Assembly (NCBI GenBank): GCA_934096125.1
Contig: CAKOLB010000004.1
Location: 55,117 to 119,116, forward strand
Source: an uncultured Bacilli bacterium
GTDB taxonomy: Bacteria; Bacillota_I; Bacilli_A; RF39; UBA660
Direction of reading: 5' to 3'
DNA: 64,000 bases
The number at the start of each line of letters is the position of its first letter. The first letter of the stretch is position 1. Both the position numbers and the translations under genes were made by a program. Shown piece after piece: positions 10,500-20,798 of this stretch. The notes under the pieces are model-generated. The model did not search any database. It worked only from the letters and a program-made list of their open reading frames with translations, and was not told where the DNA came from.

Positions 10500-10733
10500 T
10501 TTTTGATAATGGAGTTAGGGTAAGGTTTTCTTTCATCAGTTTTGCCTACGATATAATCTATTGATGTGTCGTAAAATATAGCTAGTTCATAAAGCTAGTT
10601 GATTGGCATTAGTCTTTTGCCTATTTCACATTCACTAAATTGTTGCTGTTTAATTCCAAGGGCATTAGCTGCATCTTTTTGTTTTAAATCTTTGTCTTCT
10701 CTAATTCTTTAAGTCTATTGATATTCATATGGA
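10500..10733 (-). pseudogene. Degraded XRE-family helix-turn-helix regulator (frameshift and in-frame stop)
   Basis: The reverse-complement reads MNINRLKEL, then after a frameshift REDKDLKQKDAANALGIKQQQFSECEIGKRLMPIN, a stop, then LYELAIFYDTSIDYIVGKTDER. This is a typical Cro/CI-type HTH broken into three frames. No intact ORF appears in the six-frame track. Confidence 0.5.
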
Positions 10734-10889
10734 GTTTATTATTCTAGACAAAGTATTGGGCACTGCCAGGCTATGATGCATCTGGAAATGATATTAGAAA
10801 AGAAATTATAAAATATAAAATTTGATTTAATCGATTTGGATACTGAAACAAAATCAAACCCAATTAGGATAAACTAAAAAGTTAGTAAA

Positions 10890-12515
10890 TTATTTAGTCT
10901 TTACTAACTTTTTCTTTGGAAGTTTATTAATTATTCTATCTCCTAGTAGTTTGTTTAATAAGTCTTTATTCATGCTATAGTATAAAACTAGTGATGAAAG
11001 ACCGATGACCGCAAGAATTGTAAATGTTATGATTTTGCTGTAAGAATGGTCAAAAATTAAGTTGCGAGCTATAGTGCATATGATAACTAAAATGATAATT
11101 GTAATAAATAATTTAGGAATAGATTTAAGAGTTTCTTTGTAGCTGAAATTATATTTGTGTTTGAGTGTATATAAAGGAATTAATAGTGATAAACAGTAGC
11201 CGATGGTAGTTGCTAAGATAGCTCCATAAAATGGATAAATACCAATTTTGTTGAATAATAAAATTAAAGGAATATCAAGAATGGTTTTAGTGATAAGACC
11301 AATACCTACCGATGTATATATGAGTTTTGTTTTATTTAAACCTTGAAGAGCACTACATATCATTATGTAAGCAGAGTCTAAAATGGCTAGTAAAATGGTA
11401 TATTTAAATATTAGAGGTCCATAAAAACTTTGACCATAGAAACAAGTCCATATTTCTTTGGAAAAGATACTTAAGAAAATTGATAGGGGAAGTATTGCAT
11501 AAAGTAATACTTGAAGTGTTTTGTTAAATTGTAAGTTTACTTCTTTCATATCTTTTTTAGTAAAAGCTTCCACAATTGAGGGAATAAGACTGATGACTAG
11601 GCCTGTTGCAATGGCTGTAACAACACTTACAAGTTTTGCACCCCAGGTGGTAAAGATACTACTGATGGTTTCGATATCTTCGGCAGGATAACCAATCCAG
11701 TTTAAACCTTTGATAACTAAAATCATATCAACAGAATTATAAATACTGTTAGCAACATTGATAACGATGAAAGGAATGCAGTAGCCGATTAATTTTTTTA
11801 AGATAGATTTCTTTTCTTCTTGAGAGACTTCTTCGTACTTTGTAAATAAGTCTTTTTTGATGGCCCTAGTTTTTATAAGTAAGTACATATAAGAGATAAT
11901 GGCTCCGATGAATGCTCCAGAAACGGCGATACCTACGGCTTTAGCAACATTTAAATGAAATACTTTAAGAGCTAGAAAAGAACCAATGATGATTATTAGA
12001 ACTCTGGTAAATTGTTCGATAACTTGGCCAATTGATGGAGCGGCGATGTACCGGTGTCCTTGAAGATATCCTCTTAAAATACTTAGAAGAGGAACAACTA
12101 ATATGGCAAAAGATACACACCTAAGAACGTATGTTACATCGGCAACAGAATTTCCGCCTTGTAAATCACCAACGATAACCTGAGCTATTAATGGAGCACC
12201 GAAAAAACAAATACAAAAAGAGACAATAGAAAATATCTGAATGATTTTACTAGCATACTTAAACATATATGTTTTTTCTTTTTGTTTTCCTAAAGTGTTG
12301 TATTCACTTGTTATCTTACTAATGGCAAGAGGTATGCCGGCGGAAGAAATTATAAGAAAGAAATTATATATATTGTAAGCATAACCATATAAAGACCCAC
12401 CGTTTTCACCAATTATATTATAGAAAGGAATAACGTATACTACTCCTAAAATTTTGGATACGATAATAGCAATTGTGGCAATTAAAGCGCCTTCCATAAA
12501 TTCATTTTTTTTCAA
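10890..12515 (-). CDS. MOP-superfamily flippase (MurJ / SpoVB-like polysaccharide biosynthesis protein)
   Basis: 541 aa with about 14 predicted TM helices and a MurJ/SpoVB family pattern. Confidence 0.75.
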   Translation of the reverse strand: MKKNEFMEGALIATIAIIVSKILGVVYVIPFYNIIGENGGSLYGYAYNIYNFFLIISSAGIPLAISKITSEYNTLGKQKEKTYMFKYASKIIQIFSIVSFCICFFGAPLIAQVIVGDLQGGNSVADVTYVLRCVSFAILVVPLLSILRGYLQGHRYIAAPSIGQVIEQFTRVLIIIIGSFLALKVFHLNVAKAVGIAVSGAFIGAIISYMYLLIKTRAIKKDLFTKYEEVSQEEKKSILKKLIGYCIPFIVINVANSIYNSVDMILVIKGLNWIGYPAEDIETISSIFTTWGAKLVSVVTAIATGLVISLIPSIVEAFTKKDMKEVNLQFNKTLQVLLYAILPLSIFLSIFSKEIWTCFYGQSFYGPLIFKYTILLAILDSAYIMICSALQGLNKTKLIYTSVGIGLITKTILDIPLILLFNKIGIYPFYGAILATTIGYCLSLLIPLYTLKHKYNFSYKETLKSIPKLFITIIILVIICTIARNLIFDHSYSKIITFTILAVIGLSSLVLYYSMNKDLLNKLLGDRIINKLPKKKLVKTK

Positions 12516-12690
12516 GTTATCATCTCCGTCTTCCTAATTATAATAGAAAATTTAGGGTGAGGCAAATAAATTTAAGGGAAAATGTCAAGTAGGGGTAAAA
12601 GTTATGAGGTGTTATGAAAGTGTCAAGTTCTTTTTTTATTATTTTAATAATCTAAAAAGTCGTGTTATAATTATGGTGGAGGATTGTCTT

Positions 12691-13392
12691 ATGAAGTTTA
12701 TTGAATTAAAAAATGTTAATAAAACTTATAAAAATGGGATAACAGCGATTGCGGATTTGTCGGTGGGAATTACCAAAGGTGAATTTGTCTTTGTAATAGG
12801 TCTTACCGCCAGTGGAAAATCGACGTTTATTAAAATGTTATATAGAGAAGAAAAACCAACTAGTGGAACTGTTTATGTTGGTGGTTTAAATGTGGGGAAA
12901 CTTAGAAATGGTAAGGTTTACAAACTTAGAAGAAAACTAGGAATTGTTTTTCAAGATTTTAAACTTTTGCCAAAGCTTACGGTTTATGAAAACGTTGCTT
13001 TTGCTCTTGAATGTATTGGTCTTAAGTCTAGTGAGATTAGACCAAAGGTTTTAAATGCCTTGGAAAGAGTAGGCTTAAAAGAAAAGGTAAGGGCATTTCC
13101 AGGGGAACTATCTGGTGGAGAACAGCAAAGAGTGTGTATTGCTAGGGCAATTGTAAATGAGCCAAAACTACTTATTTGTGATGAACCTACAGGTAATTTA
13201 GATCCTAAAACTAGTAAAGAAATTATGAAAGTAATTGAAAACATTAATAAAGATTTAGGGACAACTATAGTTATGGCTACTCATGATAAAGAAATAGTGG
13301 ACCGAATGAAGAAAAGAGTTCTTTTGATAGACCATGGGGTTTTAGCAGGAGACTATGCGAAAGGAAGTTATAAGACAAATGAGGGTGTGTAG
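12691..13392 (+). CDS. ftsE: Cell division ATP-binding protein FtsE; the start is ATG 12691 (RBS GGTGGAGG), not 12604
   Basis: Walker A GLTASGKST, signature LSGGEQQR and Walker B LLICDEPT. An ftsX gene follows. Confidence 0.9.
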   Translation: MKFIELKNVNKTYKNGITAIADLSVGITKGEFVFVIGLTASGKSTFIKMLYREEKPTSGTVYVGGLNVGKLRNGKVYKLRRKLGIVFQDFKLLPKLTVYENVAFALECIGLKSSEIRPKVLNALERVGLKEKVRAFPGELSGGEQQRVCIARAIVNEPKLLICDEPTGNLDPKTSKEIMKVIENINKDLGTTIVMATHDKEIVDRMKKRVLLIDHGVLAGDYAKGSYKTNEGV

Positions 13393-14272
13393 AATATTTA
13401 TAAGAAGTGTTAGAGATGCTTTTAAAAGTGTAGTTAGAAATTTCTCTTTAAGTTTTGCTTCAATCATGTGTACAACAATAACTCTTATTTTAGTATCTGT
13501 AGCTTTGATATGTGCTTTAAATGTGGATAATGCAACTAAGATGGTCGAAAATGAATTAACTGTTGTAGTATATTTGAAAAAAGATGTAACTGATGATGTG
13601 GTTAGTAATATTAAGGCAGATTTGAAAAATCAAGGGAATATAAGTGAGATGACTTATAAAAGTAAAGATGAGTGGAAAAGTGAAATGAGTGAATATGATG
13701 ATGCTTTTAAAACTGTCCTTGATTACTTAGATGAAAATCCTTTGCTTGATTCTTTTGTTATTAAAGTAAAAGATGTGAAGAAGTTAAAGGAAACTAGTGA
13801 GTATATTAAAACTTTAGATGGTGTAGATACTGTCAAATATGGTGAGGGAATGGTTGAAACTGTTATCTCGGTATTTGATATAGTTCAAAAGGTAGTTATT
13901 GTGGTGGTAATAGCTTTAGTGCTTGTTACAGGTTTTCTAATTAGTAATACTATTAAACTTACAATATTTAGCCGAAGAAATGAAATAGAAATAATGAGAC
14001 TCGTTGGTGCTAGCAATATGGCGATTAAATTACCATTTTTATTCGAAGGCTTTATGATTGGTTTAATTGGTTCAATAATTCCAGTGTGTGTAACAATTTA
14101 TGGATATGTAATTTTGTATACGCGATTACATGGTAGATTATTTTCTAATATGCTTATGCTTATTAAACCTTATAATTTTGTATTTTATGTCTCTTTAATA
14201 CTAGTTTTAATTGGAGCTTTAGTAGGTATGTATGGTAGTGTTAAAGCCGTTAGGAAGTATTTGAAGATATGA
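13355..14272 (+). CDS. ftsX: Cell division permease FtsX (the start may be 13379)
   Basis: Four TM helices with a large extracytoplasmic loop. It overlaps the ftsE end. Confidence 0.85.
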   Translation: MRKEVIRQMRVCRIFIRSVRDAFKSVVRNFSLSFASIMCTTITLILVSVALICALNVDNATKMVENELTVVVYLKKDVTDDVVSNIKADLKNQGNISEMTYKSKDEWKSEMSEYDDAFKTVLDYLDENPLLDSFVIKVKDVKKLKETSEYIKTLDGVDTVKYGEGMVETVISVFDIVQKVVIVVVIALVLVTGFLISNTIKLTIFSRRNEIEIMRLVGASNMAIKLPFLFEGFMIGLIGSIIPVCVTIYGYVILYTRLHGRLFSNMLMLIKPYNFVFYVSLILVLIGALVGMYGSVKAVRKYLKI

Positions 14273-15480
14273 TGAAGATGGTAAATTATTTTGTGCGTTA
14301 TATTCTAGCTATATGTATGATTTGTGCTTCTTTTATGGTAAATATTAAAAGTGCAAGTGCAAAAAGTGAAGCGACTACTTTGGCAGAACTTCGGCAAGAG
14401 CTTAAGAATTTACAAGCAAAAAAACAAAGTACACAAAATCAGAAGAACATGACGGAAAAAGAAAAGAGACAAAGAAATAATGATATTATGAATGCCAATC
14501 AGGAGATTCAAAATTCGGAGAATAAGATTGCTGAGGCTAAGGCTGATATCGAAGCAACACAAGTAAAGATTGCTGAGCTTGACAAACAGACTAAGGATCT
14601 TATGGAGTCCTATCAAGTGATGCTGGGTGATAATTCTTATCTAGAGTTTGTGACAGATTCTTCGTCGATGACTGAGCTTATCATGAGAATAGATGCTGTG
14701 CGGCAAGTAACTAATTACAATAAAGATAAACTAGCAGAGATGGAAGAACTTATTAAGACTAATGAGCAAAAACAAGTAGATTTAAAAAATTATGAAGTAG
14801 AACTTAATAATAATATTGATTCTTATCAAAAACAAATTGAAAGTTTAGACTCTAGTTTGCTTGCTCTTTCTGATATTTCAATTGGTATCGATGAAGAAAT
14901 TGATATTGTACAAACAAATATAAAAAATTATGTAGCAATGGGATGTGGAGAAAATCAAAAATTTACGGAATGTGCTTCATATTCTTATAATAGTACTTGG
15001 TTAAAGCCTGTTACCAAGGGGACTGTGACTAGTTTATTTGGCTGGCGAAAGTTAAACGGAGCTAGTAGCAACCATAGTGGTATTGATATTGGAACGCCGG
15101 AAGGAACAAGTGTTTATTCGGCCACAAATGGGAAAGTTGTCTATATTATAAGAGGCTCTAGTTGTGGGGGAAATCAAGTTTATATTGAGTCTAAAGTAGA
15201 TGGTGTTACTTATACGATGCTTTATGCACACATGTTATCAATTAATGTTAGCCTTCATCAAGATGTAAGTAATCAAACAGTTATAGGTAAATCTGGAGGT
15301 CAAAGTACGGCGAAAAAGTATGGTGGCTATGATAGATGTACTTTTGGAGCGCATCTTCACTATAGTGTTTCAAAGAGTAACTGGACTACTTGGTCACACT
15401 TCTATTCTAATTTAATTAATCCGCCGGGATTTCCAGGAAAAGGTGCTTCGTTTTATTCGCGGACACAATGGTTTAGATAA
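14269..15480 (+). CDS. Coiled-coil M23 peptidase (EnvC-like activator/hydrolase partnering FtsEX)
   Basis: Signal or TM segment, a long coiled coil (aa 30-200) and a C-terminal LytM/M23 domain (HSGIDIG...GAHLHY). The gene overlaps ftsX. Confidence 0.8.
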   Translation: MMKMVNYFVRYILAICMICASFMVNIKSASAKSEATTLAELRQELKNLQAKKQSTQNQKNMTEKEKRQRNNDIMNANQEIQNSENKIAEAKADIEATQVKIAELDKQTKDLMESYQVMLGDNSYLEFVTDSSSMTELIMRIDAVRQVTNYNKDKLAEMEELIKTNEQKQVDLKNYEVELNNNIDSYQKQIESLDSSLLALSDISIGIDEEIDIVQTNIKNYVAMGCGENQKFTECASYSYNSTWLKPVTKGTVTSLFGWRKLNGASSNHSGIDIGTPEGTSVYSATNGKVVYIIRGSSCGGNQVYIESKVDGVTYTMLYAHMLSINVSLHQDVSNQTVIGKSGGQSTAKKYGGYDRCTFGAHLHYSVSKSNWTTWSHFYSNLINPPGFPGKGASFYSRTQWFR

Positions 15481-15482
15481 TT

Positions 15483-15983
15483 ATGGAAGTTAAAAGAGTT
15501 GTAGTAGGTGACCTGCAAGAAAACTGTTATATTGTAAGTGATGGTAAGTATTCTTTAATTATTGACCCAGGAAGTGAAGCGGATAAAATATTAGAAGCTG
15601 CTAAAGACTTAAATGTTGTGGAAGTTCTTGTTACTCATCATCACTTTGACCATGTTGGAGCTTTAAAGCCAATTTTAAATCATTATAATTTAGAAGAAAA
15701 TAAAAGAAGTGGAAAATTTAATTATGAGATAATTTTAGTGCCCGGGCATACTTTGGATAGTAAATGTATTTATTTTCCTGATGATAAAATTATGTTTACA
15801 GGCGATTTTATCTTCTATAACGCAATTGGAAGAACTGATTTGGGTGGAAGTGATACTCTTATGAAGCAAAGTCTTGAAAGTATGATGGCTTATCCAGATG
15901 ATCTTATCCTGTATCCGGGGCATGGTTCGTCCACAACTTTAGGACGAGAAAAACAAAATTTTAAATATTATTATGATAATTAA
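15483..15983 (+). CDS. Small MBL-fold metallo-hydrolase
   Basis: HHHFDH metal-binding motif in a 166-aa protein. Confidence 0.7.
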   Translation: MEVKRVVVGDLQENCYIVSDGKYSLIIDPGSEADKILEAAKDLNVVEVLVTHHHFDHVGALKPILNHYNLEENKRSGKFNYEIILVPGHTLDSKCIYFPDDKIMFTGDFIFYNAIGRTDLGGSDTLMKQSLESMMAYPDDLILYPGHGSSTTLGREKQNFKYYYDN

Positions 15984-16016
15984 AACTACTTATTTGCGTA
16001 ATAAGTAGTTTTTTTA
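15984..16016 (+). terminator. Rho-independent terminator after the MBL hydrolase gene
   Basis: Perfect 11-bp stem aactacttatt / aataagtagtt with loop tgcgt, followed by TTTTT. Confidence 0.8.
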
Positions 16017-16050
16017 GTGGGAAAATGTGATGGTAAGTGTTTAGGACAAG

Positions 16051-16086
16051 AAAAAACTGATAAGAAATCTACTTATCAATTTTTTT
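16051..16086. terminator. Bidirectional terminator (3' end of the minus-strand gerQ-like gene)
   Basis: 7-bp stem tgataag / cttatca flanked by an A-run upstream and a T-run downstream. Confidence 0.5.
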
Positions 16087-16453
16087 AATATGTTTTTTCT
16101 GAGTAACTATGAGAATAAATAATTGGTTCCATAAATTCAACATAATTTAAGTAAATAATTCGGATTAAGTACCATAAGTTATTGGTGTTGTCTCGGATTA
16201 TTAAGTGGTCTTTGCCTGCTTCTTCAATAATTCCCTCATATACTTTATTTTGCCAAGCACTACTGTCGGGATAAGAGACATAAGCTTTGATTTTTCTTCC
16301 TTTGTTAAGTCTTAATATATTTTCAATATAACTTGCTTCCATCACTGGTGTTTTTTCTACTTCAATTGAAGACATGTTTCCAGGTGGAGTAGGAAAGTTT
16401 TGCGATGGAAATGTTGGATTTTGGTAGTAGTTACCATTCATAAAATTTATCAC
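16085..16453 (-). CDS. gerQ: Spore coat protein GerQ-like
   Basis: The C-terminal conserved block (SYIENILRLNKGRKIKAYV...AGKDHLIIRD...YLIRIIYLNYVEF) resembles the GerQ/YwdL family. Confidence 0.5.
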   Translation of the reverse strand: MINFMNGNYYQNPTFPSQNFPTPPGNMSSIEVEKTPVMEASYIENILRLNKGRKIKAYVSYPDSSAWQNKVYEGIIEEAGKDHLIIRDNTNNLWYLIRIIYLNYVEFMEPIIYSHSYSEKTY

Positions 16454-16529
16454 CTCTAAAAAAGTATATGTTTCTCTTTTCTTTTTTTGCTTATTTATGT
16501 TAAACTTATTATAAAAGTAGGTAGTAGTT

Positions 16530-17405
16530 ATGGATAATCTGAGTATAAAAGAAATAGTTATTAATGGATTGTGTTTTGTTTTCGGTGTATTTTTATATGC
16601 TTTAACCTTTAATTTGTTTTTAACTCCTAATAATTTGGTGGTATCAGGTTTTAGTGGTGTTGCAATTGTCGTGCAACAGTGGTTTGGAGTTACTCCATCA
16701 ATATTTATCTATGTTATGAATCTTTTGATGCTTGTAGTTGGTTTAATAGTTCTTGGATGGAGCGCTACAAAAAGAAATTTAGCGGGTTCATTATTATATC
16801 CATATATGATTATTGCATCGATGCCTATTGCTAAGTTTTTGAGTAAATATTTAATAAGTGATGATTTTTATTTAGTACTACTTTTTTCAACTATATTTTA
16901 TGGCGTTAGTAGTGGTCTTATTTATCGAAGTGGTTTTTCAACTGGTGGATCTGATATTATTATGCAGATAATTCATAAAAAGGTGCGAATTAGTGAGTCA
17001 AAGGCAATGATTGCAGCAAATACGATAATTATTATTTTGGGAATGTTTACCTTTGGCCTAAATCATGGTATTTATTCTTTTATAATTTTAGCAGGATCAA
17101 CTTATTTTGTTGATAAAATACTTTTTGGAGTATCAAATAGTAAACTTTTCTTTATTACGACGAAACATCCACATAAAATGAGAAAACTGATAATCGATGA
17201 GTTTGAAACAGGGCTTACTATTATTCCAACAAAGGGTGGATATACGAAGCAATCCGGGTTTTTAATTATGTGCGTTATAGCTAATACACAGTATTATTTA
17301 TTTAAAGAAAGAGTACTGGAGGTAGACCCGAATGCTTTTATAGTTATTGATAAGTGTTATGAAGTAAATGGAGGAGTTAAAAGAAGTAGTATTCCTTTTC
17401 TTTGA
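16530..17405 (+). CDS. YitT-family membrane protein (DUF161 + DUF2179)
   Basis: Five TM helices plus a C-terminal soluble domain, the typical YitT architecture. Confidence 0.75.
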   Translation: MDNLSIKEIVINGLCFVFGVFLYALTFNLFLTPNNLVVSGFSGVAIVVQQWFGVTPSIFIYVMNLLMLVVGLIVLGWSATKRNLAGSLLYPYMIIASMPIAKFLSKYLISDDFYLVLLFSTIFYGVSSGLIYRSGFSTGGSDIIMQIIHKKVRISESKAMIAANTIIIILGMFTFGLNHGIYSFIILAGSTYFVDKILFGVSNSKLFFITTKHPHKMRKLIIDEFETGLTIIPTKGGYTKQSGFLIMCVIANTQYYLFKERVLEVDPNAFIVIDKCYEVNGGVKRSSIPFL

Positions 17406-17438
17406 TTTATGTGTTAAACTTACAAATGAGTGATAGAT

Positions 17439-18392
17439 ATGAAAAAAATTGTAATTTTTGGAGGAGGAAGTGGACTTTCTCAACTATTAAAGGGGATAAA
17501 GTTATTTCCTTTAGAAGTAACTGCAGTAGTTTCTGTTGCCGATAATGGTGGTAGTACAGGACTTTTACGAAGAGAACTTAATATTCCAGCGGTGGGAGAT
17601 ATTACAAAAGTAATGCTTAGTATGTCGGAAGCTAGCTCGGATGTTATCGATTTAATGAATTACCGGTTTACCAAACCAAAGTCTTTAAAGGTTCATTCAG
17701 TTAAAAATCTTTTATTGATGGCTCTTTTAGATATCAAGGGTGATTTTGCATCAGCTATGCCAATTATGGAAGACTTATTAGATGTTAAGGGAAAGATACT
17801 TCCTTTAACGGAGGATAATGTTAATTTAGTGGGTATTACTGCAAGTGGTAAAAAAATAGTAGGAGAAGAGCAGCTGACAAAGTGTGCAAGTAAAATTGTT
17901 AAAGTAGAATATGATAAAAAAATAACAGTTAATCCTAAAGTCTTAAAAGCTGTTGCAAATGCCGATTTAATTATCTTTTCTTCTGGTAGTTTGCTTACTA
18001 GTATTGTTCCACATCTAATTGATAAAACTTTAGTGGATGCGATTAATAATGCTAAAGCAGATGTGATGTATATATGTAATTTGTTTACTCAGCCAGGGGA
18101 AACTGATAATTTTACAGTTAAAGACCATATTGATTATTTAGAGAAATATTTGGGAAAAAATGCGATAGATGTTGTAATTGCTAATAATGTTGTTATGAGT
18201 AATAAGTTAGTGGCTAAGTATGCTACTGAAGAACAAAAAGATCAAATTGTATATAAAAATGAGCTTGACGATCGTGGTGTGTATGTTATTGCTGATAAAA
18301 TGTATACGATTGAAGATGGATTTTATCGGCATGATGCACTTAAAACTGGTTATTTAATCTTTTCTTATTTGATGGATGGGCGAAAAAAATGA
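17439..18392 (+). CDS. yvcK: Gluconeogenesis factor / UPF0052 YvcK (CofD-like)
   Basis: N-terminal IVIFGGGSGLS motif. A whiA gene follows, matching conserved yvcK-whiA synteny. Confidence 0.9.
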   Translation: MKKIVIFGGGSGLSQLLKGIKLFPLEVTAVVSVADNGGSTGLLRRELNIPAVGDITKVMLSMSEASSDVIDLMNYRFTKPKSLKVHSVKNLLLMALLDIKGDFASAMPIMEDLLDVKGKILPLTEDNVNLVGITASGKKIVGEEQLTKCASKIVKVEYDKKITVNPKVLKAVANADLIIFSSGSLLTSIVPHLIDKTLVDAINNAKADVMYICNLFTQPGETDNFTVKDHIDYLEKYLGKNAIDVVIANNVVMSNKLVAKYATEEQKDQIVYKNELDDRGVYVIADKMYTIEDGFYRHDALKTGYLIFSYLMDGRKK

Positions 18393-19303
18393 CTTTTACA
18401 ACGATGCTTAAAGAAGAAATTTCTAAAGAAGAGATAAACCTCATTAATATAAGATATGAGCTTTTGGCATTTTTAACTATTGCTGGAAAAATAAATACTG
18501 AGGAGTTACTTCTTACTTTGGAAAATGCAAGTATTGCTAGACGTATATATAAAGAACTAAAAATAATATATGGGGTAAATCCAAAAATAACTATTAGAAT
18601 GCAGAAAAGATTTAAAGTTAAACAAATATATATATTAAGTGTTAAAAATAATTTAGAGGTTATACAAGAAGATATAAATAAATTTAAGTTAGAAGATTTG
18701 GTTAGTGATGAAGAGAAGAAAGACTATTTGCTGGGAAGTTTTTTAGCTAGTGGTAATATTTCTAATCCGAGTACTAGTGGTTATCATTTGGAGTTTGTAC
18801 TAGCCTTAGAAAGTAAAGCTTTAGAGATTTTGGAAGTGTTAAATTATTTTAACTTAAAAGCGAAGATGATAAAAAGAGGATATAAATATATAACTTATAT
18901 TAAAGCTAGTGAGTGTATTAGTGATTTAATAAAGATGTTTAAAGCAACTAGTTCTTTGTTTTATTTTGAAGATATAAGAATATATAAAGATCATAAAAAT
19001 ATGGTTAATAGACTTAATAATTGTGAGATTGCTAATCAAGAGAAGAGTTTTAAATCGGGGATGGAACAAGTTAAAAATATAGAATACTTAAAAGAGCATG
19101 ATATGTTTGATTTGTTAGATGAGAAAACTAAGATTGTGGCAGAGATGAGAGTGATGTATCCAGAGTATTCGATGCAAGAGATTGCTGATTTAATAAGTAG
19201 TGAAAACAATTATAAAATAGGAAAGTCGGGTGTAAATCATCATTTTATTAAGATAAAAAATTTAGTGCAAAAAGAGATGGAGAGATGTAGGGATGAAAGT
19301 TAG
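18389..19303 (+). CDS. whiA: Sporulation/cell-division regulator WhiA
   Basis: LAGLIDG-homing-endonuclease-like core (GSFLASGNISNP) with a C-terminal HTH. It overlaps the yvcK stop. Confidence 0.9.
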   Translation: MTFTTMLKEEISKEEINLINIRYELLAFLTIAGKINTEELLLTLENASIARRIYKELKIIYGVNPKITIRMQKRFKVKQIYILSVKNNLEVIQEDINKFKLEDLVSDEEKKDYLLGSFLASGNISNPSTSGYHLEFVLALESKALEILEVLNYFNLKAKMIKRGYKYITYIKASECISDLIKMFKATSSLFYFEDIRIYKDHKNMVNRLNNCEIANQEKSFKSGMEQVKNIEYLKEHDMFDLLDEKTKIVAEMRVMYPEYSMQEIADLISSENNYKIGKSGVNHHFIKIKNLVQKEMERCRDES

Positions 19304-19790
19304 GTTAGCTTCAGAATTACAAAAGGATAGTATAATTGATGGTAAAGGAATAAGGACAGTTATTTGGTTTCAAGGATGCTCACATAAGTGCTTAGGGTGC
19401 CAAAATCCAGGGACGCATAGTTTTGATGGTGGTTTTGTTTGTGATACTAAAGATATATTTGTGCAAATAGATGAACTTTCTTATCAAAGTGGTATTACTT
19501 TATCTGGGGGAGACCCATTTTATCAAGCTGATGCGGCGCGTGAAATTGCTCATTATGCCCATCAAAAAGGTTTAAATGTGTGGGCATATACAGGCTTTGT
19601 TTTTGAAGATATTTTAAAAAGTGAAAATAGCATGAAAAAGCTTTTGGAAGAAATTGATGTTTTAGTGGATGGCCCTTTTATTATAGAGAAGAAAAGTTTT
19701 GGATGTAAGTTTCGCGGAAGTACTAATCAAAGAATTATAGATGTTGCTAAGTCTTTAGAAAGTGGTAAGGTGTGCTTGTATGAAGTTTGA
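19293..19790 (+). CDS. nrdG: Anaerobic ribonucleotide reductase-activating protein-like radical SAM protein (NrdG family)
   Basis: CxxxCxxC cluster (GCSHKCLGCQNP) in a small ~165-aa NrdG-like protein. Confidence 0.65.
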   Translation: MKVRLASELQKDSIIDGKGIRTVIWFQGCSHKCLGCQNPGTHSFDGGFVCDTKDIFVQIDELSYQSGITLSGGDPFYQADAAREIAHYAHQKGLNVWAYTGFVFEDILKSENSMKKLLEEIDVLVDGPFIIEKKSFGCKFRGSTNQRIIDVAKSLESGKVCLYEV

Positions 19791-20256
19791 TAGTAAATTA
19801 AATTATACGGTTTTAACTAATAAAGCAAATAAGACATTTTTAGAAAAATTTTCGGGTATAAGTGTGATAAATGAAAAGCTCTCTTTTGATGAGTTAAAAA
19901 AAAGCTTAGAGTTTTTTCCAAGTAAGCAAGTGGTGTTTGTAGAAACATTTTCTTATTTGCAAAAAACAGAAAGAGAGGCAGTAATTAAAATGTTGGAGCT
20001 AGAAAATGTAAAGTTTATTAATGTGACAAGTGATGTGGAAGAGGCTTTATATAGTGATTATGTTTATGTATTTGATGAAGATAATATGGTTTTAGAAGGA
20101 AAGACTTTCGAAGTACTTGAAAATGAAAAAATGTTAAAACAATTAGGATATGGGTTGCCATTTGTTACAGATTTATCAAGACAACTTATGATTTATGATC
20201 TTTTAGACTATCCATTTTATGATGTGAAAGATTTAGTGGAGGAATTATGGAGTTAA
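19762..20256 (+). CDS. Hypothetical protein (possible remnant of an ABC ATPase N-terminal half)
   Basis: ORF only, with no recognisable motifs. Its position is where ecfA would be expected upstream of truA. Confidence 0.3.
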   Translation: MVRCACMKFDSKLNYTVLTNKANKTFLEKFSGISVINEKLSFDELKKSLEFFPSKQVVFVETFSYLQKTEREAVIKMLELENVKFINVTSDVEEALYSDYVYVFDEDNMVLEGKTFEVLENEKMLKQLGYGLPFVTDLSRQLMIYDLLDYPFYDVKDLVEELWS

Positions 20257-20798
20257 AAAATTTAAGGGGATGTATAATTGGTCTTGTTTATGATAAATAT
20301 AAAGAAGAGAAAATGACTGGCCTTGTAAAAGATATTGTAACTAAAAAGACTTTGGCATCTTTAAAAATGGTAGGTTTAGCTGAAAGTTTGGTAGATGAAG
20401 ATATAGGTAGTTTATCAAGGGGTGAGCAAAATAAAGTTGGGCTTGCAAGTAAACTTTTAGATGATGTGATTGTGCTAAAGGATTTTTCTGTAGGTTTAAC
20501 TAAGAAAGAATTAACATTTTATAAACGATTATTTAAAAAGATTTCATCTTATAATAAAAAAATAATTTTGATTGATAAGAATGCTGAGCTTTTTATAGAT
20601 TTAGTTGATAATATTTATGTGATTGATGAAGATATTTTGTATGAAACAAATGATATATATGATGCTAAACTTTATGACTATATCGATAAGCCATTTTTGG
20701 TAGAATTTACTATGCTTTCCGAAGACTATGGTGTTAAACTAAATCATTATTATGAACTAGATGAGCTTTTGAAAGCAATATATAGGATTAAATCATGA
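20247..20798 (+). CDS. Degenerate ABC-ATPase-like protein (signature and Walker-B-like region only, no P-loop)
   Basis: Residual ABC signature LSRGEQNKV and pseudo-Walker B IILIDKN. It overlaps truA, matching ecfA-ecfA'-ecfT-truA synteny. Confidence 0.4.
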   Translation: MELKNLRGCIIGLVYDKYKEEKMTGLVKDIVTKKTLASLKMVGLAESLVDEDIGSLSRGEQNKVGLASKLLDDVIVLKDFSVGLTKKELTFYKRLFKKISSYNKKIILIDKNAELFIDLVDNIYVIDEDILYETNDIYDAKLYDYIDKPFLVEFTMLSEDYGVKLNHYYELDELLKAIYRIKS

